NCBI GenBank assembly: GCA_012798745.1
Contig: JAAZMQ010000090.1
Span: 1 to 48,208, forward strand
Length of the DNA: 48,208 nt
Source of the DNA: Bacteroidales bacterium
GTDB lineage: Bacteria; Bacteroidota; Bacteroidia; Bacteroidales; Dysgonomonadaceae
Direction: 5' to 3'
The notes below the pieces were generated by a model, which was given only the letters and a program-made list of their open reading frames with translations, was not told where the DNA came from and did not search any database. Positions 1 to 10,035 of this stretch are shown here, piece after piece. Both the position numbers and the translations under genes were made by a program. Position 1 is the stretch's first letter. Each line of letters opens with the position of its first letter.

Positions 1-153
1 TGAAGGAGGTCCTTCATAAAATACAAAGTGTGGATGCCCTTTACGAATTTTCAGACTTTTTTGGAATATGTCTTTTTCGTCCCATGTTCTTAATATTTCT
101 TTGTTGACCTCTGAAAGATTCAATTGATTATACTCCGAAAATTTCTTTTTCAT
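1..153 (-). CDS. ileS: Isoleucine--tRNA ligase, N-terminal part (runs off the window start)
   Basis: Not in the ORF track. Manual translation from the ATG at 153 gives MKKKFSEYNQLNLSEVNKEILRTWDEKDIFQKSLKIRKGHPHFVFYEGPPS. FYEGPPS is the IleRS motif that precedes the HIGH signature. Confidence 0.9.
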   Translation of the reverse strand, partial: MKKKFSEYNQLNLSEVNKEILRTWDEKDIFQKSLKIRKGHPHFVFYEGPPS

Positions 154-188
154 ATTTTAAATTATGCCCTCTTATAAAATTTAAATTG

Positions 189-257
189 CAAAGGTAGTGA
201 TAAATTGAAAATTAGCAATCAAAAATTGTCAATTAGTGAGAAAAATGAGTAGCTTTG
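189..257. promoter_or_regulatory. Divergent Bacteroidetes -7 promoter elements for ileS (-) and the EEP gene (+)
   Basis: TACCTTTG on - at 196-189 and TAGCTTTG on + at 250-257 both match the TAnnTTTG consensus. Confidence 0.6.
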
Positions 258-283
258 CATAATTATAAAAAGCAAATAGGAGT

Positions 284-1141
284 ATGAAAAAAACGACGAC
301 TTTTTTATTTTGTCTTGCTTTAGCTAATATATCAATAATGGCTTTTGCTCAAAACAAGAAAACGTGTACGTTGAATATAGCAACGTTCAATTTACGTATG
401 GATACGCCAAGCGATGGAGAAAATGCGTGGCCTAAAAGGAAGGATATGGTAAAGGGGTTAATTCGTTTTCACGATTTTGATATTTGCGGTACCCAAGAGG
501 GTTTTAAACATCAGTTAGACGATATCCTGGAGTTGGGTAATTATGCTTATGTAGGAGTAGGGCGCGATGACGGAAAGGAGACTGGCGAGCATTCAGCAAT
601 TCTATATAAAAAAGATCGTTTTGAAGTATTAGGAAAAGGTAATTTTTGGTTTTCTGAAACACCTGATATCCCTAGTAAGGGTTGGGATGCTACGTGTTGC
701 AACCGGATATGTTCGTGGGCAAAATTTAAGGATAAAAAATCGGGGAAAGAGTTTTATGTTTTTAATTTGCATTATGACCATGAAGGACGTGTTGCCCGAA
801 GAAATTCATCACTACTGTTGTTAGAAAGAATACAGGATATTGCGGGAGATATGCCGGTATTTTGTACAGGCGATTTTAATTCCACTCCCGAAGATGAACC
901 TATTCAGATCATTTATAACAATGGTAAACTAAGGGATTCCTATCAAGTTACCCTGCAACCTCCCTATGGGACGGTAGGTACATTCAATTCGTTTAATTTA
1001 CATTCTCCTATGAAAGACAGAATCGACTATATTTGGGTAACAGAAGGCATTAAGGTTGCAAAATATGGTGTACTTAATGAGCAACAATACAGTCGATTCC
1101 CTTCTGATCATTTTCCTGTAATGATCAAAGCTGTTTTTTGA
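284..1141 (+). CDS. Exported endonuclease/exonuclease/phosphatase (EEP) family protein
   Basis: Signal peptide ending AFA-Q; motifs ATFNLR, GTQE, GDFN, RIDYI and PSDHFPV. Confidence 0.9.
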   Translation: MKKTTTFLFCLALANISIMAFAQNKKTCTLNIATFNLRMDTPSDGENAWPKRKDMVKGLIRFHDFDICGTQEGFKHQLDDILELGNYAYVGVGRDDGKETGEHSAILYKKDRFEVLGKGNFWFSETPDIPSKGWDATCCNRICSWAKFKDKKSGKEFYVFNLHYDHEGRVARRNSSLLLLERIQDIAGDMPVFCTGDFNSTPEDEPIQIIYNNGKLRDSYQVTLQPPYGTVGTFNSFNLHSPMKDRIDYIWVTEGIKVAKYGVLNEQQYSRFPSDHFPVMIKAVF

Positions 1142-1189
1142 AAAATGACAAAGACAGAGTGAACTTGTCGCTTGCCTTAGCCTCTCTCT

Positions 1190-2386
1190 TCATACTAGCT
1201 TTGTCAATGCTTCTTTTATGCGGGCGATTGCTTTGGTGATATTTTCTTCGGATGTTGCATATGATAATCGGATGCATGTAGGTGCACCAAATGCTGCACC
1301 ACCTACGCAGGCTACGTGCCCCTCTTCGAGCAAATACATGGCGAGATCAGATGCACTCTTGATGATTTTTCCATTATGCGATTTTCCGAAATAACTGTCG
1401 CATTGAGGAAAAATATAGAAAGCACCCATCGGATCGTTAACTTTCAAATCCGGAATTTCGTTGAGAAGATCTACGATGTGCTTTTTTCTTCTTTCAAAAG
1501 CCTGACGCATCGTTTCCACGCATGTTTGATCGCCTGTATAAGCAGCTAAGGCGGCTTTTTGCGAGATGGATGAAGGACCGGAAGTATATTGTCCCTGCAG
1601 TGTGTTGCAAGCTGATGCCAGCCATGTAGGGGCGGCAATCCAACCGATACGCCATCCTGTCATTGCGTAAGCTTTTGATACACCATTTGCCACGATTACC
1701 TGTTGTCGAATCTTTTCAAACTGGGCAATGCTTTCATGCTTCCCAACGTAATTGATATGTTCGTAAATTTCGTCCGAAATTATGAATATTTGAGGATGAG
1801 CAGCTAGCACATCAACCAACTTTTCAAGTTCTTCTTTGGTGTAAACACTCCCTGTCGGATTTGAAGGGGAGCAAAGAATAAAGGCTTTTGTTTTGGGAGT
1901 GATTGCTTTTTCCAGTTGTTCTGCTGTAATTTTAAAATTTTGTTCAATGCTTGCATCTACAAAAACCGATTTCCCCTCCGCTAGTTTCACCATTTCGGGA
2001 TAGCTTACCCAATAAGGTGCGGGAATAATGACTTCATCGTCTTTATCTATTAATGTTAGTAGGACATTGCAAATGGATTGTTTTGCGCCATTGGAACAAA
2101 CAATCTGATCGGGTGTAAAATCAAGATTATTTTCTCTTTTCAATTTTTCGCATATGGCTTTTCGCAAATCAAGGTAGCCGGGAACAGGCGAATAAAAAGT
2201 AAAATTATCGTCTATGGCTTTTTTTGCAGCTTCTTTTATATGATCGGGAGTATTGAAATCGGGTTCGCCGACGCTTAAATTGATTACGTCAATACCTTGT
2301 GCTTTCAGTTCATTACTTTTTTGCGACATGGCAAATGTTTCCGAGGGAGAAAGCATTGTGATTCGGGCAGATAGGGGGTTATTCAT
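1190..2386 (-). CDS. aspC: Aspartate aminotransferase (class I PLP-dependent)
   Basis: GEPDF, PSNPTG, SDEIY and SKAYAMTGWRIG (PLP lysine). Confidence 0.9.
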   Translation of the reverse strand: MNNPLSARITMLSPSETFAMSQKSNELKAQGIDVINLSVGEPDFNTPDHIKEAAKKAIDDNFTFYSPVPGYLDLRKAICEKLKRENNLDFTPDQIVCSNGAKQSICNVLLTLIDKDDEVIIPAPYWVSYPEMVKLAEGKSVFVDASIEQNFKITAEQLEKAITPKTKAFILCSPSNPTGSVYTKEELEKLVDVLAAHPQIFIISDEIYEHINYVGKHESIAQFEKIRQQVIVANGVSKAYAMTGWRIGWIAAPTWLASACNTLQGQYTSGPSSISQKAALAAYTGDQTCVETMRQAFERRKKHIVDLLNEIPDLKVNDPMGAFYIFPQCDSYFGKSHNGKIIKSASDLAMYLLEEGHVACVGGAAFGAPTCIRLSYATSEENITKAIARIKEALTKLV

Positions 2387-2501
2387 AAATTATATTTTTA
2401 CTTTTTGAACGAAAATCTGCGCAAATATAATGAAAATTCATTTTCTATGTGATTGTTTGCGGAATTTTGTAAGAAAAAATCGTTTATAGGTTGCAATAAA
2501 A

Positions 2502-2526
2502 CAAAAATGCCGCCTAATAGGGCGGC
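2502..2526 (-). terminator. Intrinsic terminator after tRNA-Ser
   Basis: GCCGCC (2509-2514) / GGCGGC (2521-2526) stem, followed on - by ATTTTTGTTTT. Confidence 0.7.
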
Positions 2527-2534
2527 TTATTTTG

Positions 2535-2621
2535 CGGAAGCTGGGGGATTCGAACCCCCGGTACGATTACTCGTACGGCAGTTTAGCAAACTGCTGGTTT
2601 CAGCCACTCACCCAAACTTCC
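2535..2621 (-). tRNA. tRNA-Ser(GCT)
   Basis: Reverse complement GGAAGTTTGGGTGAGTGGCTGAAACCAGCAGTTTGCTAAACTGCCGTACGAGTAATCGTACCGGGGGTTCGAATCCCCCAGCTTCCG: GCT anticodon, long variable arm, GTTCGAATC T-loop, G discriminator, CCA not encoded. A -7 element TATATTTG lies at 2654-2647. Confidence 0.97.
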
Positions 2622-2742
2622 GGAGTATATTCTTAAAAATCGCTCGCAAATATACGAGTTTGTTTTCAGCTAATCAAAGAAAATTCAATTTTTTATGAAA
2701 ATATTTCTACATTTGTGTTGTTTTTTTTATAGTAATAGTTGA

Positions 2743-3786
2743 ATGCAAAAGAAATCAAACAGGAAACGACATAAAACGGCGTGGTGGATTTTTTCTTTCA
2801 TAGTGTTGTTGATAACAAGCAGCATTTTTTATTTGAGAAATACTGTTTTTAAACCTTTTACCTTAACTACAACTGTTTATATCTATATTGATGAAAGGAA
2901 AGATTTCGAAGATATTGTTTATCAATTGAAAGAAAAAGCTGATTTACCGTCAGAAAAAATTTTTAGACTATTGGCAAAGCGGATGAATTATCTGTCCAAC
3001 ATTAAAACCGGTTGTTATGCTGTTAAAAATGGCATGAGCATGATCGAGGTAATCCGTATTTTGCGTGCAGGAATGCAAACCCCTGTAAATCTCACTTTCA
3101 ATAATATACGCACGAAAGCAGAGCTTGTTTCGCGACTCTCGCAACAACTTATGATAGATAGCATTTCTTTGATGAATGCCTTGAATGATTCCGAAAAGGT
3201 TAAGGAGTTGGGATTCGATACTAGTACGGTTATATGCATGTTTATTCCCAATACCTATGAAGTATATTGGGATACCGGTGTCGATAAACTCCTTTCGCGA
3301 ATGAAACGTGAATACGACATTTTCTGGAATGATGAACGGAAGACTAAAGCCCAAAAGATAGGCTTGACACCGGTAGAAGTTTCCATCTTAGCATCCGTTG
3401 TTGAAGAAGAAGCTACTTATCCCGATGAATATCCTGTTATAGCAGGGCTTTATTTGAATCGTTTGCACAAAGGAATGAAACTTGAAGCTGATCCGACGGT
3501 GAAATTTGCTATTGGGGACTTTTCGATGCAGCGCATTTTGTTTAAACATTTAGAGGTCGATTCGCCTTATAATACGTATAAATATGCAGGATTGCCGCCG
3601 GGACCTATTCGCATACCTTCTATTGAGGCCATTGATGCCGTTCTCTCACCTCAACAGCACGGTTATCTGTTTATGTGTGCCAAAGATGATCTTTCCGGAA
3701 GACATAATTTTGCATCTACGCATGCAGAGCATGCGCGAAATGCGCTACGCTATCAGCGTGCACTTAATGAGAGAAAAATCTATTAA
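2743..3786 (+). CDS. mltG: Endolytic transglycosylase MltG (YceG family)
   Basis: N-terminal TM anchor; LASVVEEE (catalytic Glu), LEADPT and SPYNTYKYAGLPPGPI. A -7 element TACATTTG lies at 2708-2715. Confidence 0.95.
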   Translation: MQKKSNRKRHKTAWWIFSFIVLLITSSIFYLRNTVFKPFTLTTTVYIYIDERKDFEDIVYQLKEKADLPSEKIFRLLAKRMNYLSNIKTGCYAVKNGMSMIEVIRILRAGMQTPVNLTFNNIRTKAELVSRLSQQLMIDSISLMNALNDSEKVKELGFDTSTVICMFIPNTYEVYWDTGVDKLLSRMKREYDIFWNDERKTKAQKIGLTPVEVSILASVVEEEATYPDEYPVIAGLYLNRLHKGMKLEADPTVKFAIGDFSMQRILFKHLEVDSPYNTYKYAGLPPGPIRIPSIEAIDAVLSPQQHGYLFMCAKDDLSGRHNFASTHAEHARNALRYQRALNERKIY

Positions 3787-4604
3787 AATGTAATTTCATC
3801 GGGATGAGAGCCTACGCGTTGATCTCTGTTTAGCGAATTAATACGTTTCATATCTTCATCAGACAGTTCGAAATCAAAAATATCCAGGTTTTCTTTCTGT
3901 CGTGATAAATTTGATGATTTGGGGATCACTACGATGCCGCGTTGGATATCCCATCGCAAAACTACTTGCGCCGGGGTTTTGCCGTATTTTTTGGCTATCT
4001 CTTTAAGAATGGGTTCTTCAAGCAGATTATTTTTTTTAGCGCAAAAAGGGCTCCATGCTTCAGGGACAATATTTTTCTCATGCAAATAATTCACTAGTTT
4101 TTCCTGAGTCAGATAAGGGTGAAGTTCAATTTGGTCTACTGCAGGAACTACTGATGCGATTTTGAGTAGTTCGTCAAGATGATGCTCGAGGTAATTGCTG
4201 ACGCCTATAGCCCTCGTTTTCCCGCCGGCATAGATTTTCTCCATTTCTTTCCAAACCGAAATATATTTTTCCTTCACCGGCCAATGCACAAGATATAAGT
4301 CGACGTATTCTGTCCCCAGTCGTTTCAAACTAGCTTCAAAAGCTCCCTGTACATTATCTTTTCGAATATCGTCGTTCCATAGTTTTGTAGTTAGAAAAAT
4401 TTCTTCGCGTGGAATGCCACTGTCTCTGATGGCTCTTCCTACGGCTTCTTCGTTTTCGTATATCATCGCCGTATCAATGTGTCGATATCCGACATCGAGA
4501 GCCATTCGCACCGTTTCGTATGCAATTTTATCATCGGTTAGCCGAAAAACACCTAATCCCACATAAGGAATTTTTATTCCATTGTTTAGTGTCGCATATT
4601 CCAT
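3783..4604 (-). CDS. Aldo/keto reductase (2,5-diketogluconate/glyoxal reductase-like)
   Basis: GYRHIDTAMIY, TTKLW, DLYLVHWP, IGVSNY and IPKSS motifs. Confidence 0.92.
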   Translation of the reverse strand: MEYATLNNGIKIPYVGLGVFRLTDDKIAYETVRMALDVGYRHIDTAMIYENEEAVGRAIRDSGIPREEIFLTTKLWNDDIRKDNVQGAFEASLKRLGTEYVDLYLVHWPVKEKYISVWKEMEKIYAGGKTRAIGVSNYLEHHLDELLKIASVVPAVDQIELHPYLTQEKLVNYLHEKNIVPEAWSPFCAKKNNLLEEPILKEIAKKYGKTPAQVVLRWDIQRGIVVIPKSSNLSRQKENLDIFDFELSDEDMKRINSLNRDQRVGSHPDEITF

Positions 4605-4618
4605 AATATTTTTCTTTT

Positions 4619-5551
4619 TTAGTTGTTGAGTTTTTCTATTACTGCAATTTTGTCTTTCCTTATTTGTTCGACCAACGCTTTCACACTGTCAAATTTTATG
4701 TCAGGGCGAACAAAATCAACAAATTCAACAGTTAACGATCGATTATACAGATCCCCTTCAAAGTCGAAAATATTCACCTCCATGCTGATTTCGTTGTCGT
4801 TTTGCATGGTAGGACGTGTACCGATATAAAGCATCCCTTTGTAAATTTCGTTTTCGAATCGAACAAAAACCGCATAAACACCTAATGCAGGGATTACCTT
4901 ATATTTTTCCCATGCCTGAATGTTGGCCGTAGGAAACCCCAACGTACGACCCACCTTGTATCCCTCGATGATTTTACCGGAAAACTTGTAATTATAAGAA
5001 AGCAATTTATTAGCAAGCTTGATTTTCCCTTCGGAAAGCAATCGTCGTATTTGGGATGAGCTTACATGATGGTCTTCAAAACGTAGTTCGCTTGCCTGTA
5101 TAACATCAATTCCAAGTTCTTTGCCATACTCTACATAATCAGGAAATCCTTCTTCTCTGTTGTGTCCAAAACGGTGATCGTGACCTATAAGTAAGGTGTG
5201 GACGTTTATTTTTTCTTTTAGTATTTTTTCCATGAATGCTTTTGCCGTCAATCGAGAAAGCTCAACGGTAAAAGGCATGCTTATGCCATAATTGATTCCT
5301 GTAGTTTCTAATTGTTCGAGTTTTTCCTCATATCCACACAAAAGTTTAGGTTGATAGTCCTGCTGTAAAACTTTTCGTGGATGTTCGGGAAAAGTAACTA
5401 CCGCCGCCGGTAAATTCAATTGTTTTGCTTTAGCTTTTACCTGATTGATTAAATGTCGGTGACCTATATGCACGCCATCAAAAAAACCGAGAGTAGCAAC
5501 TAAAGGCCTGTGTTCAATATGTTCTTTTTTTGATAAATCGATAAGTTCCAA
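4619..5551 (-). CDS. ribF: Bifunctional riboflavin kinase/FAD synthetase
   Basis: GFFDGVHIGH, SSSQIR, GRTLGFPTAN and GTRPT; TTG start. Confidence 0.95.
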   Translation of the reverse strand: MELIDLSKKEHIEHRPLVATLGFFDGVHIGHRHLINQVKAKAKQLNLPAAVVTFPEHPRKVLQQDYQPKLLCGYEEKLEQLETTGINYGISMPFTVELSRLTAKAFMEKILKEKINVHTLLIGHDHRFGHNREEGFPDYVEYGKELGIDVIQASELRFEDHHVSSSQIRRLLSEGKIKLANKLLSYNYKFSGKIIEGYKVGRTLGFPTANIQAWEKYKVIPALGVYAVFVRFENEIYKGMLYIGTRPTMQNDNEISMEVNIFDFEGDLYNRSLTVEFVDFVRPDIKFDSVKALVEQIRKDKIAVIEKLNN

Positions 5552-5661
5552 AACAAGTGATCTTTTTGCTTTTGTTCAATAAACACACGACACCCCTTTT
5601 TGGTTTAAAAATAAAGGAAAAATCCTTTTCAACCGTTTTTTCTTCTTTTTTGTCGAAAATG

Positions 5662-5693
5662 CAAATATACTATTCATTATTTCTTTATCTTTG
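5662..5693. promoter_or_regulatory. Back-to-back overlapping divergent promoters (ribF / DUF1080 gene)
   Basis: TATATTTG on - at 5669-5662 and TATCTTTG on + at 5686-5693. Confidence 0.6.
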
Positions 5694-5749
5694 CAAAAAG
5701 GTGAAATAAATTGACCTATATTTCATTAAATAATATAAAAAAGGAGATC

Positions 5750-7021
5750 ATGAAAACGAAAATTTTATTTGTATGTGTTGTGATGGTGGGAATATTTTTT
5801 GTTTCCTGCCAAAGCGGAGAAAAAAATAATGTATTGACGAAAGCAGAAGAGGCTGAAGGGTGGAAATTATTGTTCGATGGCAAAACCTTGAATGGTTGGC
5901 GCGATTACAATGGCGATTCGTTGACCGCTCCATGGACAGTTGAAGATGGAACGATTCGTGCATTGGGTGGAGGCAGCGATGCAAGTGGTTACATTGTAAC
6001 CGATGAGATTTATGAAAATTTCGAATTGGTTTGGGACTGGAAAATTGCTAAAGGCGGGAATAGTGGCGTACTGTATCATGTTGTGGAACATCCCAAATTT
6101 AAGGTTCCTTACATTACGGGTCCGGAATATCAGTTGATTGATGAGGAAAATTTTCCCGAACCTCTTGAAGAGTGGCAGAAAACGGCGGCCGACTATGCCA
6201 TGTATGTTCCCGACCCGAGCAAGAAAAAAATGAAACCTGCAGGAGAATGGAATACCTCGAAAATTGTTTTCGATAACGGTCATGTTGAATATTGGCTTAA
6301 CGGCGAAAAAGTACTGGAATTTGAAGCCTGGACAGACGAGTGGTTTGAGCGAAAAAACAGTGGTAAATGGAAAGATGCTCCCGAATACGGATTAGCTCAC
6401 AAGGGTGTTATTTGTCTTCAGGATTACGGTTCGGCCGCTTGGTTTCGCAATCTCAAGATTAAAGAGTTGCCCCGAAAAACGAAAGAGGTAACGCTTTTTA
6501 ATGGTGTCGATTTGCATGGTTGGGAAGTATACGGAACCGAGAAATGGTACGTTCAAGATGGTGTTTTGGTATGTGAAAGTGGTCCCGAAAAAAAATATGG
6601 TTATCTCGCAACCCGTGAATATTACGATGATTTTGATCTTACTCTCGAGTTTAAGCAAGAATCCAATGGAAATTCGGGTGTCTTTTTCCGTTCGTTTATT
6701 GAGCCGGGTGAGATTATCAATGGTTGGCAAGTGGAGGTGGCACCCAAAGGACATGGTACAGGTGGTATTTATGAATCTTACGGAAGAGGATGGTTGGCAA
6801 GTATTCCGGAAGAAAAAGAGGATGTCCTGAAAGAGGGAGAATGGAATACCTTACGCATACGTGTACAAGGTGATAATGTAAAAACGTGGTTAAACGGAGA
6901 AGAAATGGTTGAATTGAGCGATGAAAAAATCGGTAAAGCTCAGGGTCGCATCGCCTTGCAAATACATGATGGAGGTGGTATTAAAGTACTCTGGAAAAAT
7001 TTTCAACTAAAAACGCTATAA
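5750..7021 (+). CDS. Lipoprotein with two DUF1080 (3-keto-disaccharide hydrolase-like) domains
   Basis: Start moved to ATG 5750 (AAGGAG upstream; lipobox FVSC). Two repeats of the pattern LF[DN]G..L.GW / NSGV / [EW].Q / GEWN / LQ..G. Confidence 0.88.
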   Translation: MKTKILFVCVVMVGIFFVSCQSGEKNNVLTKAEEAEGWKLLFDGKTLNGWRDYNGDSLTAPWTVEDGTIRALGGGSDASGYIVTDEIYENFELVWDWKIAKGGNSGVLYHVVEHPKFKVPYITGPEYQLIDEENFPEPLEEWQKTAADYAMYVPDPSKKKMKPAGEWNTSKIVFDNGHVEYWLNGEKVLEFEAWTDEWFERKNSGKWKDAPEYGLAHKGVICLQDYGSAAWFRNLKIKELPRKTKEVTLFNGVDLHGWEVYGTEKWYVQDGVLVCESGPEKKYGYLATREYYDDFDLTLEFKQESNGNSGVFFRSFIEPGEIINGWQVEVAPKGHGTGGIYESYGRGWLASIPEEKEDVLKEGEWNTLRIRVQGDNVKTWLNGEEMVELSDEKIGKAQGRIALQIHDGGGIKVLWKNFQLKTL

Positions 7022-7042
7022 AAATACAATTTCATTTAATTG

Positions 7043-7080
7043 ACCCGTTGAGCAATCCCGAGTACTCAACGGGTTTTTTT
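7043..7080 (+). terminator. Intrinsic terminator
   Basis: ACCCGTTGAG / CTCAACGGGT 10-bp stem followed by a T run. Confidence 0.85.
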
Positions 7081-7190
7081 GGCATCTTTTTTGCATAAAA
7101 AATTTAAAATGATGAAGGTTATTTTGTTAGATGATAGTTTTTTACGAAAAAACAAACTATCTTTGTATTACTAATTTACTAAAACAGCGA

Positions 7191-7550
7191 ATGAGGGAAA
7201 AAAACAGATTATTAGAAAGCATAATAAAAGGAATACAAGAAAAAAAGGGGAAAAACATTACCACTATAGAATTGAGTGGGATTGCAGGATCAATCTGTGA
7301 TTATTTTGTTATCTGTGAAGGGACTACCCCTATGCAAGTTTCAGCAGTTGCAGAATCTATCGAAGAAATCGTAAGAAAGGATACAAAAGAAAATCCGCTC
7401 AGAATCCATGGTCAACAACGGGCAGAATGGATTGGCATGGACTATGGTACTATCATTGTGCATATTTTTTTGCCTAAACTGCGTGCTTTTTACGATATCG
7501 ATCATTTGTGGGCTGATGCTTTTCTTAAGAACATTCCCGATTTAGAATAA
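7191..7550 (+). CDS. rsfS: Ribosome silencing factor RsfS (Iojap)
   Basis: EKKG..I, DYFVIC, EWIGMDYG..IVHIF...R.FYDIDHLW. Start moved to ATG 7191, downstream of the -7 element TATCTTTG at 7158-7165. Confidence 0.93.
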   Translation: MREKNRLLESIIKGIQEKKGKNITTIELSGIAGSICDYFVICEGTTPMQVSAVAESIEEIVRKDTKENPLRIHGQQRAEWIGMDYGTIIVHIFLPKLRAFYDIDHLWADAFLKNIPDLE

Positions 7551-7617
7551 AAACTTATTTCTTTTAAAATTGTTACATTCGTACATCATTAATTTTTTCT
7601 TGGGGAATAATAAATAA

Positions 7618-9744
7618 ATGGATAAAAACAATAAAAATTCGAATAGACAACCACCCTTGAACCCTAATAAAGATAATAAACCTCCAAAATCATCTTTTAA
7701 CGCTTACTGGATTTATACCATTATTTTTATAGCATTGTTGGCGTTGTACTTTTTTGGAGGAAATTCTTCGGTAAAAGAAGTATCATGGTCCGATTTTCAG
7801 AAATATGTAAATGAAGATCGTGTCGAAAGTGTTGTTATTTATAGCAATAAAGAAATAGCCGAAGCAAAAGTAAGAAGTGAATCTGTAGACTACATTTTCG
7901 AAGAGAGCGCCAATGCTGCCGGAAAGAATCCGGTTATCACTGTGCGTATCCCATCGGCAGAAGGAGCTTCGGAATTTATCGATAAAGTAAAATCGGAAAA
8001 AGGGTACAATATTGAGGTGCGTTTTGATACAACATCCGAAATATGGGGAATTTTGCTTACGGCTGCTCCCTTCATTTTGTTAATTGTGTTCTGGGTATGG
8101 ATGATGAGAAGGATGCAAAGCGGTGGCGGAGGTGGCGGAGGTGGAAATATCTTCAATGTCGGAAAATCCAAAGCGCAGCTTTTTGATAAGGATGCAGGAG
8201 TAAAGGTTACTTTCAAAGATGTTGCCGGGCTTTCAGAAGCCAAGGAAGAGGTTAAGGAAATAGTGGAGTTTCTTAAACATCCCGATAATTATACGAATTT
8301 AGGCGGGAAAATTCCAAAAGGGGCATTATTGATAGGGCCTCCGGGTACAGGAAAAACCTTGCTGGCAAAAGCCGTTGCAGGTGAAGCCAACGTGCCATTT
8401 TTCTCCATTTCGGGGTCCGATTTTGTTGAAATGTTTGTCGGTGTTGGCGCATCGCGTGTACGCGATCTCTTTCGTCAAGCGAAAGAGAAAGCTCCCTGTA
8501 TTGTCTTTATTGATGAAATTGATGCAGTGGGACGTGCTCGTGGCAAGAATGTCAATTTTGGAGCAAATGATGAACGCGAAAACACCTTGAATCAGCTTCT
8601 AACCGAGATGGATGGATTCAGTTCGAATAGTGGAGTCATCATTCTTGCGGCAACTAACCGCGCTGATATTTTGGATAAAGCCCTGCTTCGTGCGGGTCGT
8701 TTCGATCGTCAGATCTATGTTGAATTGCCCGATTTGAATGATCGTAGAGAAATATTTAATGTTCATCTTCGTCCGATTAAAAGTGATGAAACGGTTGATG
8801 TTGATTTCTTGGCTCGTCAGACACCCGGTTTTTCCGGAGCAGATATAGCTAATGTTTGCAACGAAGCAGCATTGATTGCCGCTCGTAGGAAAAAGAAGTT
8901 TGTTCAGAAAGAAGATTTTTTGAGTGCTGTTGATCGCATAATCGGTGGATTGGAAAAGAAAAATAAAATTATTACACAGGATGAAAAACGCTCTATTGCG
9001 ATTCATGAGGCCGGTCATGCAACGTTGAGTTGGTTTCTAAGATATGCCAGTCCGTTGGTTAAAGTAACTATAGTTCCGCGAGGAAAAGCGTTAGGTGCAG
9101 CATGGTATTTGCCCGAAGAGCGGCAAATTACAACCAAAGAACAAATGCTCGACGAAATGTGTGCATTACTGGGTGGGCGTGCTGCAGAAGAATTATTTAC
9201 AGGAACCATTTCCTCGGGGGCAATGAATGATTTGGAACGGGTTACCAAACAGGCATATGCGATGATTATGTATATGGGTATGAGCGAGAAATTGGCAAAT
9301 TTGTGTTACTATGATTCTACCGGTCAGGAGTATTCTTTTTCCAAACCGTATAGTGAGGAAACGGCTAAATTGATCGATAGCGAAGTAAAAACCATGATAG
9401 CGGAACAATATGAGCGAGCAAAAGTCATTCTTTTGGAGCATAAGGAAGGTCATGGTAAACTTGCTGAAATTCTTTTAGAAAAAGAGATCATCTTTGCAGA
9501 AGATTTGGAAATGATTTTTGGTAAACGTCAATGGGTATCGCGTTCGCAAGAGATTTTGGAAATGAGTAAGAGCATGAAACCTGACGATAACCTCATTCGC
9601 TCGAAACCACAAGAAGTAAATCTTGTCGTAGAAGCAGATGTCAATTCTTCCTCAGCACCTCACTTTCCTAAAGAAGGAAAAACAAAAGTAGAGGAGTTTT
9701 CTGAAAACGAAAAAAATATCGATATACCCAAAAAAGAAAAGTAA
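7618..9744 (+). CDS. ftsH: ATP-dependent zinc metalloprotease FtsH
   Basis: Two TM segments, GPPGTGKT Walker A, FIDEID Walker B, second region of homology, HEAGH zinc motif. Confidence 0.98.
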   Translation: MDKNNKNSNRQPPLNPNKDNKPPKSSFNAYWIYTIIFIALLALYFFGGNSSVKEVSWSDFQKYVNEDRVESVVIYSNKEIAEAKVRSESVDYIFEESANAAGKNPVITVRIPSAEGASEFIDKVKSEKGYNIEVRFDTTSEIWGILLTAAPFILLIVFWVWMMRRMQSGGGGGGGGNIFNVGKSKAQLFDKDAGVKVTFKDVAGLSEAKEEVKEIVEFLKHPDNYTNLGGKIPKGALLIGPPGTGKTLLAKAVAGEANVPFFSISGSDFVEMFVGVGASRVRDLFRQAKEKAPCIVFIDEIDAVGRARGKNVNFGANDERENTLNQLLTEMDGFSSNSGVIILAATNRADILDKALLRAGRFDRQIYVELPDLNDRREIFNVHLRPIKSDETVDVDFLARQTPGFSGADIANVCNEAALIAARRKKKFVQKEDFLSAVDRIIGGLEKKNKIITQDEKRSIAIHEAGHATLSWFLRYASPLVKVTIVPRGKALGAAWYLPEERQITTKEQMLDEMCALLGGRAAEELFTGTISSGAMNDLERVTKQAYAMIMYMGMSEKLANLCYYDSTGQEYSFSKPYSEETAKLIDSEVKTMIAEQYERAKVILLEHKEGHGKLAEILLEKEIIFAEDLEMIFGKRQWVSRSQEILEMSKSMKPDDNLIRSKPQEVNLVVEADVNSSSAPHFPKEGKTKVEEFSENEKNIDIPKKEK

Positions 9745-9762
9745 TTTGCTTTTTATGTCTCT

Positions 9763-9799
9763 AATGAGGGCACCCAAAATTGCTTTGGGTGCCCTCATT
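9763..9799 (+). terminator. Intrinsic terminator after ftsH
   Basis: Perfect 16-bp stem AATGAGGGCACCCAAA / TTTGGGTGCCCTCATT, then T-rich sequence. Confidence 0.85.
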
Positions 9800-10035
9800 G
9801 TTTAATAGGTATTTTCTTTTTTATTGTTTTTAGTTTTTCTTAATAAGAATCAATCTAAATTATTCTGAACAATATGCCTGTCTTATTCGTTATAATTTTG
9901 GACGTCATGTGTGGCTAAGTAAATGTTTTCTTCTTTAGTTTTAGTGACAGGCAATACGGGCAATAAGCATTCTGATGTACCATAAATTTACATACTCAAA
10001 ATAACGATAATATTAACTCTAAAAACAGTAAAAGT

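Noticed and set aside
2400-2535. tRNA-Ser and tRNA-Cys as possible integration sites
   Set aside because: No integrase, no duplicated tRNA 3' end seen, and both are flanked by housekeeping genes.
2453-2698. 81-aa ORF on +
   Set aside because: It is the antisense translation of tRNA-Ser (EAGGFEPP is a typical tRNA shadow).
8122-8145. GGTGGCGGA repeats in ftsH
   Set aside because: They encode the ordinary Gly-rich linker after the second TM helix.
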